Source of the DNA: Macrostomum lignano
Lineage: Eukaryota
DNA length: 64,000 nucleotides
NCBI GenBank assembly: GCA_002269645.1
Contig: NIVC01002708.1
Coordinates: 62,001 to 126,000, forward strand
Direction of reading: 5' to 3'
Part shown: positions 37,301-47,736 of the stretch, one piece after another
Layout: each line of letters begins with the position of its first letter
How positions within the stretch are numbered: position 1 is the stretch's first letter
Program-made: the position numbers and the translations under genes
The notes under the pieces: model-generated
Databases searched by the model: none
Told to the model about the DNA's origin: nothing
The model's input: the letters and a program-made list of their open reading frames with translations, nothing else

Positions 37301-40300
37301 AGAGACTACACGTCTCAGGCCAAGACTAGCTCGGCCAATCTGCGCCTGCCCGACTCGGCCGGCCGCGGCCTACTCGATTACGTCATTGATCCTTGGCCGG
37401 GCGTTGCTCACGATAATTGGCGCATATTTCTGCTTCTAGTAGACGCCGGCTGTACTATTCACCCAACATTTGACAGCCTGCTGCAGCTGGCGCTGGATAA
37501 GTCCGCCTCCAGGATTGCTCGCCTGCTGCAATTGAAACGGCGCGTACCGTTTGCCGATTGGCGCTATCCGCTGGTTGGCGCCGGCGCCGCCGCTCTGCAA
37601 TCGGCGCCTTGCCGGCATCCGGCGAGGCCGCTGCCGCCCGACTGGGACGTCGCTACTGACGCCGCCGCGGAGCGAGCCGTTCTGGCTAAACAAGTCGGCG
37701 ACAATGCCGGAGCTGCCGCCGGGTCTGGCGTCGGAGCAGGAGGTGGCGCTAGCGACGGCGCGAATCGTCGGGAGGATCGGTATCGGCCGAGGCCGGACAA
37801 GCGCTGCCGGGTGGCCAAAGTTGAGCTGGTCTGGGACGAGCGGTTCGCGCCGGCTAAACCGTTCACAGCTCTGCTCAGCCGCATCGATGTTGGCTGCAGC
37901 CTGTCTGGCCTGTACAATTTCTATAAGTTGCAGGTGGGCTTTCTTTGCTGTGTTTATTTGGTTGACTGCCTACCTCACCCTTCTCCCGGTGTCTCCCTCT
38001 CACTCCGGTGTCCCTCTCACCTCTGGTGTCTCCCTATCACTCCGGTGTCCCTCTCACCTCTGGTGTCTCCCTATCACTCCGGTGTCTCCCTCACCCATGG
38101 TGTCTCCCTCTCACCATTCTCCCGGTATCTCCCTCTCACTCCGGTGTCTCCCTCACCCATGGTGTCTCCCTCTCACCATTCTCCCGGTATCTCCCTCTCA
38201 CTCCAGTGTCTCCCTCACCCATGGTGTCTCCCTCTCACCATTCTCCCGGTATCTCCCTCTCACTCCGGTGTCTCCCTCACCCATGGTGTCTCCCTCACCC
38301 ATGGAGTCTCCCTCTCATCGTTCTCCCATTGTCTCCCTCGTAGCACTGGTGTCTCCCTCTCACCCCGGTGTCTCCATCTCACCCCTGGTGTCTCCTTCTC
38401 ACCCTGGTGTATCCCTCTCACCCCGGTGTCCTCCTCTCACCCCTGGTGTCTCCCTCTCACCCCAGTGTCCCCCTCTTACCCCTGGTGTCTCCTCTTCCCA
38501 CGGTGTCTCACATCTTCCCACGGTGTCTCACATCTTCCCACGGTGTCGCACATCTTCCCACGGTGTCTCACATCTTCCCACGGTGTCTCACATCTTCCCA
38601 CGGTGTCTCACATCTTCCCACGGTGTCTCACATCTTCCCACGGTGTCTCACCATTTTCCAGCTGTGTCTCCTTTCGCCCCCTATCGCAGGTTCGATATGC
38701 ACACATTCACCATCACCCTCCTCATTCATTAACTGCAGTTGCTACGCCAGCGCGGCCGCAATTTTTACCTGCTATTCACGTGCTGGGGCCGCATCGGCGA
38801 CACGGGCCAATACCAGACTACTCCCTTCCCCAGCCGGGCTGAGGCTGTCAAAGAATTCGAGAAAGTATTCCGCTCCAAAACTGGCAATCGTTGGATCGAT
38901 CTTGATAAATTTGAGACCAGACAGCGCAAATACAGCCTGGTGCAGCTGGACTCTATGCGGCTGCAGCCGCGACTGCACAGCCTGCCGGTCAGCCTGGACA
39001 CCCGGCTGCCGCACGAGCTGCCAGACCGGCTGGCTGACCTCATGCGAGACCTGGTGCGTGCCAAGGGGAGGTTGGCGGAGTAGCTCAGCTAAATCGGGGG
39101 GGGGGGGCACGTGATCTGGAGTTGGTTCATTTTAGTAGCTACTTACAGTATCATAAATAGAAAGGGGTTGTAGCCTAGTGGTATAGAGCGTCGGATACGG
39201 GACTTGAATGTCGGGGGTTCGATTCCCGATTCCACTCGGAACAATTTGTGTCCTTGGGCAAGACACATAACTCTGCATTGCTTCAGTTCATCCAGCTGTA
39301 AAATGGTGCCAGCATTAGCTGGGGTAATTGAGGGTGTGTGTGGCGACCCCCCAGTCCTTGGACTGAGCGGCCGTACGCGCAATAGCTGCGGCTGAGCTGT
39401 CGGTTGCACGTCTGCCTATTAGGGCAGGTGTAATCAATTATTATTATAAATTGGAAGAATAGTCTGTACATTTAGTCTTTTGAATTTGTTTATTTCAAAT
39501 TAAAATGTGCACACTCCTCCCGCCGCGATAGCTGAACCCCAAGATGCTGATACGCAGTTTCGCTCGCTGCTCTGGCGAAGAGGGTCACCTGGCTTTCGGC
39601 CGAGTGCCGCAGGAGTCCCTAGTCAAGGCGGCCAATCTGCTGCAGAAGATTTAGTGAGTTGTATTTGCGAAACTGATTCACTATGGGGGCACATTAGTAT
39701 CACCTTTTGCATGCTCTATTAATCCCAATCTTCTCCTATGCAGCGTTTTGGCCTTGGAAGTTCGCAAGCAATTAAAAAAGCCGAAAGAGCTGGACATTAA
39801 CGAGTGCACTGAAAAGTCTAGACAGGTAAGTCAGTGCGTTGTTGTTTTACTCATTTTTGCTTGCTTTTGTAGTGTCTTTACTTTCTTGATAACTATCTGG
39901 TTCTGCTACGAGTATTAGATCGTATCGATTAGGCTTTGAGCCTTGGCTCAACTTTTGGTCAAGGTCAAATCAGGTCAATTTAATTTCAAGGTCAAATCAG
40001 GTCAAGGTCAAATCAGGTCGATTTCAGGTCAAGGTCAAACCAGGTCAATTTCAGTTCAAGGTCAAAGCAGGTCAATTTCAGGTCAAGGTCAAACTAGGTC
40101 ACTTTCAGGTAAAGGTTAAAGCAGGTCAATTTAATTTCAAGGTCAAATCAGGTTGACTTCAGGCCAAGGTCAATTCAAGGTCAAGGTCAATTTCAGGACA
40201 AGGTCAAATCGGGTCAATTTTAGGTCAATGTCAAAGCTATTAGTACACATTGTATCAAGGTCAAGAGGTCAAAGTTGGCTCAAGGTCAAATCAGGTTCAG

Positions 40301-42773
40301 TTTATATTAAGGTCAAATCGGGTCATGTTCAGGTCAAGGTCATATCTAGTAGTAGACATGTTAACTGAATTCCGCAGATGAAAATCCTGATTTTCAGTTT
40401 AATTAGAGATCTGTAATTATAATAAACAGTTTTACACACCATGACCTTCTTCCGCAGCTGGCCGAGCTCACAAACCAGTACTATCAGCTGGTGCCACAGA
40501 CCGGTTTCGAATTCGAAGCGATCGAGCCGCTACTATCGTCGGACCATCTGGACGCTCAGCAGGCATTCATCACTAATTTGGCCGAGCTGCAGACAGCCTG
40601 TCAGATTTTGTTGGCTTCGGCGCGCAGACGACACACGGTGCACCCGTTTGACTACGCGTACAGGGCCACCGCCTGCGATATTAGTGCACTGGGCGAGGCC
40701 GACACTGTGGCTCAAGTTATACTCAGGTATAATATTTAGCAAATAATTGACTCCTTTGGCTTTGACTATGACCCTCATGAGTATTGGTCATTGACTATGA
40801 CCATAGAATCGGTCATTGACTATGACCCTAGAATCGGTCATTGACTATGACCCTAGAATCTGTCATTGACCATGACCCCAGAATCGGTCATTGACTATGA
40901 CCATAGAATCGGTCATTGACTATGACCCTAGAATCGGTCATTGACTATGACCCTAGAATCGGTCATTGACTATGACCCTAGAATCGGTCATTGACTATGA
41001 CCCTAGAATCGGTCATTGACTATGACCCTAGAATCGGTCATTGACTATGACCCTAGAATCTGTCATTGACCATGACCCTAGAATCGGTCATTGACTATGA
41101 CCCTAGAATCTGTCATTGACTATGACCCTAGAATCTGTCATTGACTATGACCCTAGAATCTGTCATTGACTATGACCCTAGAATCGGTCATTGACTATGA
41201 CCCTGATCATGAGGATTGGTCATTGACTATGACCCCCATGAGTATTGGTCATTGACCATAACCCTAGAATCGGTCATTAACTATGATACTAATGAGGATT
41301 AGTCATTGACTATGACCCTAGAATCATACTCAATGACTATTTCATAGTCTATGAAACTTGTATCGCAGGTACATGAGCACCGTGCCAGATGCTCGCGTCA
41401 CCGGCATCTACGAGCTCTGCCGCCACGCCGATCTGGACGCAGCTGCAGCCGCGGCAGCGGCCGCCTCGTCTTCCGGATCCGCCGTTGCATTCGGTCAGCG
41501 CAAACTCCTCTGGCACGGCACCTCCGTTGGCAACGCCCTGTCAATCCTGCATCACGGCCTGCTGCTGGCTCCGCCATCCGTCTCTCGGGTTGGCCGGGCA
41601 TTCGGCCGCGGCCTCTACTTTGCCGACGTGTTCGCCAAGAGCGTCGCCTACTGCCGGAACGAGGCCGGCCCCGGTTCCGGCCGCCAGTGCCTGTTCGCCT
41701 TCCTGGCCGAGGTTGACCTCACTGACTGCCAGGTGATCGCTCATTCTCACCTTTTCAAATTTTTATCGCCCCCATTTATTTAATCTCATACGGAGACACT
41801 GATATCAAAACCATAATCTCACCTGTGCCGGGATAATTGCTCTTTCTATCAAAGCCATTAACTCACCTGTGCCGGGATAATTGCTCTTTCTATCAAAGCC
41901 ATTAACTCACCTGTGCCGGGATAATTGCTCTTTCTATCAAAGCCATTAACTCACCTGTGCCGGGATAATTGCTCTTTCTATCAAAGCCATTAACTCACCT
42001 GTGCCGGGATAATTGCTCTTTCTATCAAAGCCATTAACTCACCTGTGCCGGGATAATTGCTCTTTCTATCAAAGCCATTAACTCACCTGTGCCGGGATAA
42101 TTGCTCTTTCTATCAAAGCCATTAACTCACCTGTGCCGGGATAATTGCTCTTTCTATCAAAGCCATTAACTCACCTGTGCCGGGATAATTGCTCTTTCTA
42201 TCAAAGCCATTAACTCACCTCTGCCGAGATAATTGCCCCCGCCCTTAAAAAACCCACCTGTGAATGTTAATACGCCCAATCTCACCTGTCCCTAGTAAAA
42301 TTTATTCCTTCCCAAACTGCTCATCTGTCAAGGTGGACTGGCGTGGTTCCCTGGGCAAAGCGAAACAGCAGGACGGCGCCTCATCTGAGGACAGCGATGA
42401 CGATGCCGATGACGACGGCGCCGGTGCGAATGCCGACGGCGAGCAGCCGCCTGTGCGTCACGTGATGGGCGCCAAGGTGCCCTCGCCAACCGGCGATCTG
42501 CTGTTGCAGCGTCTCGGCGGCGTTATCACCCCTCTAGGCGAGCTGGCTTCGCCCCAGCCGCCGCCGGGCAAATGCGTGAGCTACACCTATCGCCTGCTGC
42601 CCCACTCCGAGTACATTGTTAGCGACGAGACCCGGGTTCGAATCCGCTATCTGGTTCGGTTCCAACTGGGTAGCCAGGGCGACAGTCGGGACGGCGAGGA
42701 AGAGACGGAAGATGACGAAGAGGACGACAGGGCGGATCAGGACGGCGACGATGACGATACCAGCGATTATTAA
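22865..42773 (+). CDS. Ankyrin-repeat, WGR, regulatory-domain poly(ADP-ribose) polymerase (PME-5/tankyrase-like architecture, no SAM), about 2,670 aa, 26 exons: 22865-23045, 23809-23963, 24547-25184, 25340-25457, 25973-26371, 26750(or 26798)-27013, 27279-27915, 28417-28601, 29710-30126, 30488-30781, 31533-31664, 31750-31852, 32320-32958, 33275-33546, 33635-33711, 34449-34689, 34935-35087, 35563-35777, 36098-36650, 37178-37933, 38739-39053, 39532-39653, 39744-39825, 40458-40726, 41369-41732, 42333-42773
   Basis: All junctions are GT-AG with consistent phase (total 8022 nt). Many ankyrin motifs ([38 protein letters not shown]). WGR (LFTCWGRIG...[14 protein letters not shown]). Regulatory domain ([10 protein letters not shown]). 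Catalytic [15 protein letters not shown] and HSEYIV. Confidence 0.9.
23320..23706. repeat. Tetranucleotide microsatellite, (AGTT/AGGT)n grading into (GTCA)n
   Basis: Directly visible; PARP intron 1. Confidence 0.97.
24066..24480. repeat. 30-bp minisatellite (CCGTGAGCCTTGACATCTCAGCAATTCCCC)n
   Basis: About 13 units; PARP intron 2. Confidence 0.95.
27920..28290. repeat. 16-bp minisatellite (TCACGAGCTCGAATCT)n with a palindromic GAGCTC core
   Basis: Tandem units; PARP intron 7. Confidence 0.93.
28672..29560. repeat. 29-bp purine-rich minisatellite (GGGAGAGACGGAGATTAGAGAGGCCGATA)n
   Basis: Tandem units with variants; PARP intron 8. Confidence 0.95.
30181..30385. repeat. About 28-31 bp minisatellite (GCTTTTGATAACTGAAATTCCTCTTGAA)n
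   Basis: About 6 units; PARP intron 9. Confidence 0.85.
30835..31470. repeat. 24-bp minisatellite (CTTCAGTGGGGTGCTTCCTTGGTC)n
   Basis: About 25 units; PARP intron 10. Confidence 0.95.
31975..32306. repeat. 23-bp minisatellite (CTGACACCCAGCTGTACAAATCT)n
   Basis: About 14 units; PARP intron 12. Confidence 0.95.
32940..33150 (+). repeat. 40-bp tandem repeat made of the exon 13 end plus its 5' splice site
   Basis: Unit AACTATTCTCACCTGTCTG|GTAAGGGTGCTGTTTTCCTAG, 5 copies plus a partial one. Confidence 0.95.
33737..34390. repeat. (TCTG)n microsatellite
   Basis: Directly visible; PARP intron 15. Confidence 0.98.
35122..35385. repeat. 22-bp G-rich minisatellite (GAGGGTCAGAGGGTGAGGGATG)n
   Basis: Tandem units with three GGG tracts each; PARP intron 17. 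Confidence 0.92.
36710..37055. repeat. 21-bp minisatellite (GAGACTAGTATGGGAATGGGT)n
   Basis: About 16 units; PARP intron 19. Confidence 0.95.
37965..38650. repeat. Pyrimidine-rich composite minisatellite (GGTGTCTCCCTCAC core), ending in a 20-bp array (CGGTGTCTCACATCTTCCCA)n
   Basis: Tandem units; PARP intron 20. Confidence 0.9.
39164..39448 (+). mobile_element. tRNA-derived SINE with a CORE-like central domain
   Basis: A box TAGCCTAGTGG at 39171-39181. B box GGTTCGATTCC at 39216-39226. Central GTGTCCTTGGGCAAGACACATAAC...TCAGTT...CTGTAAAATGG (39247-39306) resembles the MIR/CORE consensus. (TTA)n tail. Confidence 0.8.
39955..40345. repeat. AGGTCA-rich degenerate repeat (TCAAGGTCAAATCAGGTCA)
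   Basis: Dozens of AGGTCA hexamers; PARP intron 23. Confidence 0.85.
40785..41335. repeat. 25-bp minisatellite (GTCATTGACTATGACCCTAGAATCG)n
   Basis: About 20 units; PARP intron 24. Confidence 0.95.
41815..42238. repeat. 44-bp minisatellite (AACTCACCTGTGCCGGGATAATTGCTCTTTCTATCAAAGCCATT)n
   Basis: About 9.5 almost identical units; PARP intron 25. Confidence 0.97.
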
Positions 42774-43904
42774 CTTGTAGCAGCCTCCATAACTATACAC
42801 TGCCGATATGTATCGTAGTACACTTGTTTAAGGAACTTTTTTCTCTTTTTTTCTTGCTAATGGTTAGTTTCATTTCTACTATATATTTGGTTTTCAATAA
42901 TCTTCTGCGGAATAAAATACTTTTATTGAAGTTCTCCAATAATTTTGTATCGAACTGTGTTATACCTCTGTTTTGTTCATTCTTTGATAATTACACCGAT
43001 TTTATTACCTTATTCTCACTAAATTGCTGAGTTTCCTGTTTCAAATCTGATTTTTAAAAACCAAAGCTTTTTCTGTCATTAACCGCTATTTAATTTAGTT
43101 TACAATCATTTGAGCCGACCTGAACTCAAAGTAAAACCCGCTTGTGCCTGTTTATAATTTCATTTCAGGATGTCCTCCTGTTGCTGGTCCCACACTGAGT
43201 TGTTACCATGTTATTGTTCGTTAAAATAATTATTAGTGTCGGTGTCGCGTCACAATTTTCACTAAAATTGATTAAACAATCAAATATTAATTCTAGGAAG
43301 TACGAGCTAATTTCCGTATGTTGCTACTCATTACTAGTATAGTAGCTCGAACATTATTGACCTTTTTGAATGCTAGATACTTTGTTTTACAATTTCTAAG
43401 TTAAATTCTTATTACCTGTCTATAGGCCCCTTTTCAAATTATTGTTCCGTTCTGAACTTTTTATTAGTAGACAGAAATCATGACTTTGCCTTACATACTA
43501 CTCAACTTTTGTGTTGTTGTTTTCATTGTTTTAAATTATTCGATAGTGAAATTCAACTGCACTTGATTAAAAAAGCTGAAATTTTCCTAAAATTTCTGCT
43601 TCTCTTTTTATAGTGCCTCTAAAACTTGCACTTTATTCTCCCCATTTAATCATCTGTGGCTCCCGGCACTACTGCACTATGTACAGATATAAATTATACC
43701 ATAAGTAGTATGTAGTGTGCTGTCCCGCGTTTTCTAAATCCATCCGATTGATTTCCACATTTTTTCAATAGCGAATGACGGTGTCTGGTTTTGCTGATTT
43801 TTCCTTTATGTTCTTTTTTCCATTTCTAAAATAATTTGTCATCTTTGCCTGCTGAATTGGCTGTTAGTGTGATAATATAAATATCTATGACTACAAGTAA
43901 ATAT

Positions 43905-44280
43905 ATCTATGATGGATTGCTCATCTATCCTATCATTAGTTAATGAATAGATTGGATTGCTAATCTATCCTATCATTAGTTAATGAATAGATTGGATTGC
44001 TAATCTATCCTATCATTAGTTAATGAATAGATTGGATTGCTAATCTATCCTATCATTAGTTAATGAATCGAATGGATTGCTAATCTATCCTATCATTAGT
44101 TAATGAATCGAATGGATTGCTAATCTATCCTATCATTAGTTAATGAATAGATTGGATTGCTAATCTATCCTATCATTAGTTAATGAATAGATTGGATTGC
44201 TAATCTATCTTATCATTAGTTAATGAATCGAATGGATTGCTAGTCTATCCTATAATTAGTTTATTAATGAATAGATTGGA
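43905..44280. repeat. 40-bp minisatellite (GATTGGATTGCTAATCTATCCTATCATTAGTTAATGAATA)n
   Basis: About 9 units; intergenic. Confidence 0.95.
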
Positions 44281-44927
44281 TTTCTAAGCTATCAAGCTAA
44301 TAGTATAGCAGTTTTTACTTAATTCTGTTTTTCTGTGTTCTAGTGTGTTGCGAGTGCACCTCGTTAAAAACCAAATAAACGCTGATCTGCTATGTCTTGT
44401 TTTGCAAACTTTTTAACTTAGTCCTAATAATAAATAAAAGTCGATAGCGATTTTGCAAAGTTTCTTAATAATTTTGCTAAGAAAAGTTTACAGAGCTTTC
44501 AGGGGTAAGAGGAGATCTGATAGTCAAGTTTGGATTAATTAGCAGAAAAATTTGCATTCAGCCTGGGCCAATTCAGTGCGGTGGCAGCAATGGCTCGTAG
44601 TGGGGGGGGGGCTGGTTCAATTCCAAAGGGGGTTACAGTACAGTGAACCCAATTCAGCACTGCAAACGGTCAGGAGCTGCCTGCATGGCTCTATGTAAAC
44701 TAAGATTCTCTTGCGCTAATCTGCCTACATAATTTTCTGCTTCTGCTGATCGCCGCTTGCTGTCAATTCTGAGATCGATATAAATTCGCTGCGTGAGTCA
44801 GCCTTTTGTCTGCTTGTGCATTTTAGCTGCTGTATGCGCATGCATGTCCCCTGCTGCGGTGCCTGGGGGTCTGCAGCTGCTCACTCCTATTTAGTGTCAG
44901 TCTGTGTCCATCCCTTTTTGGCATTCT

Positions 44928-45507
<580 letters not shown>

Positions 45508-46274
45508 GTATATTTCCCCGTCTCCCTACCCAATTTTTAAATCCATGATGACTCCCTGGATGTGTTATGCATAGCTTTCCACATGGACTATGCATGCAAG
45601 CTATTTGTAGGTAAATACTGCAACTCACTGACCGCAAATTGGCAATCTATTCCATAGTATAGCGAGGTCCAAACTGCATTCCCGATTCCCATTCACCGAA
45701 CCTATCATTCCATTTACAGACGATGCTGTGTGCCACCAAGCATAGACTTAGTCTGTACAGCTTTTCTAGATTGGCTTAGCAACTGGCATTTCAGTCCGTA
45801 GCTGCGTAGAAACAGGATTAGAAAAAAATTAATATTTTTATTTTTACATAGCCAATTCTCTTTGTTAGTTATAGCCACGATGGCGCAGCATCGGCTAAAG
45901 CGGACTGCTTCTGCACTCTTGCATTGCTTAGCTGGATTTCAGTGGCTTGTGCCACGCCGCCTTGTGCCTTGTGCATAGTGGTGCATGCGGAAACACTCGG
46001 TTGCGAGTGTTACGGTTAGCAATCAGTGTTTACATGTAGTTGTGCATGTAAGTCTGATTATAACCACTGATAAGCGTGCAGAGGTGTGTTGTGTATAACT
46101 TATTACCTTGGACAATATCGAAATGAGCGCATTGAGCACTGAAGACTGCTGGGTACCGATTTTGCAACTGTAATTTACTGCTGGAGATATGAGATAAACT
46201 CGCCTATTTTAGTTTTTAACACTGTCTTAGATTACTGCGAAATTCCCCAAATAAGCCCGAAATTCCTCCTGAAT

Positions 46275-46765
46275 CACCTCCAGAGTCCCCGGATCCCAAC
46301 AGTCCCATGATCCCCAAAAGCCTCCAGAAGTTCCATGACCCCCAATGCCCTCCAGAGTCCCATGAGCCCCGAAATTCCCGAGAGTCTCATGAGCCCCAAA
46401 AATCCCCCGGAGTCCCATGAGCCCCGAAATTCCCGAGAGTCCCATGAGCCCCGAAATTCCCGAGAGTCCCATGAGCCCCGAAATTCCCGAGAGTCCCATG
46501 AGCCCCGAAATTCCCGAGAGTCCTATGAGCCCCGAAATTCCCGAGAGTCCCATAAGCCCCAAAAATCCGTCGGAGTCCCATGAGCCCCCCAAATTCCCGA
46601 GAGTCCCATAAGCCCCAAAAATCCGTCGGAGTCCCATGAGCCCCCAAATTCCGGAGAGTCCCATAAGCCCCAAAAATCCTCCGGAGTCCCATGAGCCCCC
46701 CAAATTCCCGAGAGTCCCATAAGCCCCAAAAATCAATCGGAGTCCAACGACCCAAAAAATCCCCT
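46275..46765. repeat. 27-bp minisatellite (CCCCGAAATTCCCGAGAGTCCCATGAG)n
   Basis: About 16 units. Confidence 0.93.
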
Positions 46766-47736
46766 GGCAATCCTTGACTCTTGCGGACTTAAAAGTCCTC
46801 TAGTATAACTAATTCTCCTGAGCTATGCATTTAAACAAAAACGAAGCCAAATCCTGAAATTCCCCTCAACATACAAGCTAAAGACAAGCTCCGCCCACGA
46901 AGAAGGCTGATCAAAAAGAGGACCCGTCTTCTAATCGCCAACCCGCTCTCGACCCGAATCTCGACTGGCATCGCCTAAGTCCTCCCCCCTTCCCATGCAG
47001 ATCCCGCAGTTCGTTTACCGCCGCGCGGTGGGGAAGTTATTGGTTGTTCAGCCAACCCGCCTGGCCTAGCCAGTTTAGGGAATCAGAAAATTGGAGAGAG
47101 AGTTTCTTTCGTCCCATTTTCAGCCGCAAGTCCCGCATATGCGTGCCATGGGGGGGGGAGGGTAGCTGGCACCACATGTTCGTGTGCCCCGGCGCAACAG
47201 GCTTGGGATTTGGCATCGCCCACCTAAGGGGCCCTGGGACGGTCTCCGGCTGAACCAGCTTCCATCTATCCTTCTATACTTTCATCTCCCATATCAGTCG
47301 GAACAACTGCAGGGGGATCTACGAAGCCATTCGACTGAAAAGTTTCAGTCTCCCCTACATCGCTATTCGCTCTGTGTCTCTCTGGCTCCCACTGGGTCTC
47401 CGCCCACCCCACCATTCCTCTATACCAATTATACCTTTCCTGGCATGGCCATGGCCAACGGCCCCGCCCTATCTTATAGGCTGCAGAATTTTTCCAAGCG
47501 TTGCGGGGCACAGACGGAACCTAACCCTGGACCTAACACCGACACACACTCAACCAAGAGGATAGAAGTCGCATATCCGAACCCGTAGATTACAATCTTC
47601 TTTATACTCTTATAACTAACGTACACAACTCGTTTCAACTGTTATATTTCTTATCCTTAATAATAACGCTAAAAATCCTTAGGCTTCGTCTAGTCTCAGG
47701 TCTTGCCGAGAAGGGAGTTAGAAGCTAATATATAAC

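Noticed and set aside
39164-39235. Functional tRNA gene
   Set aside because: Acceptor and anticodon stems do not pair well, and it continues into a SINE core and tail
44585-44630. tRNA/SINE head (TGGCTCGTAGTGG … GGTTCAATTCC)
   Set aside because: A- and B-like boxes are only about 12 nt apart and there is no cloverleaf
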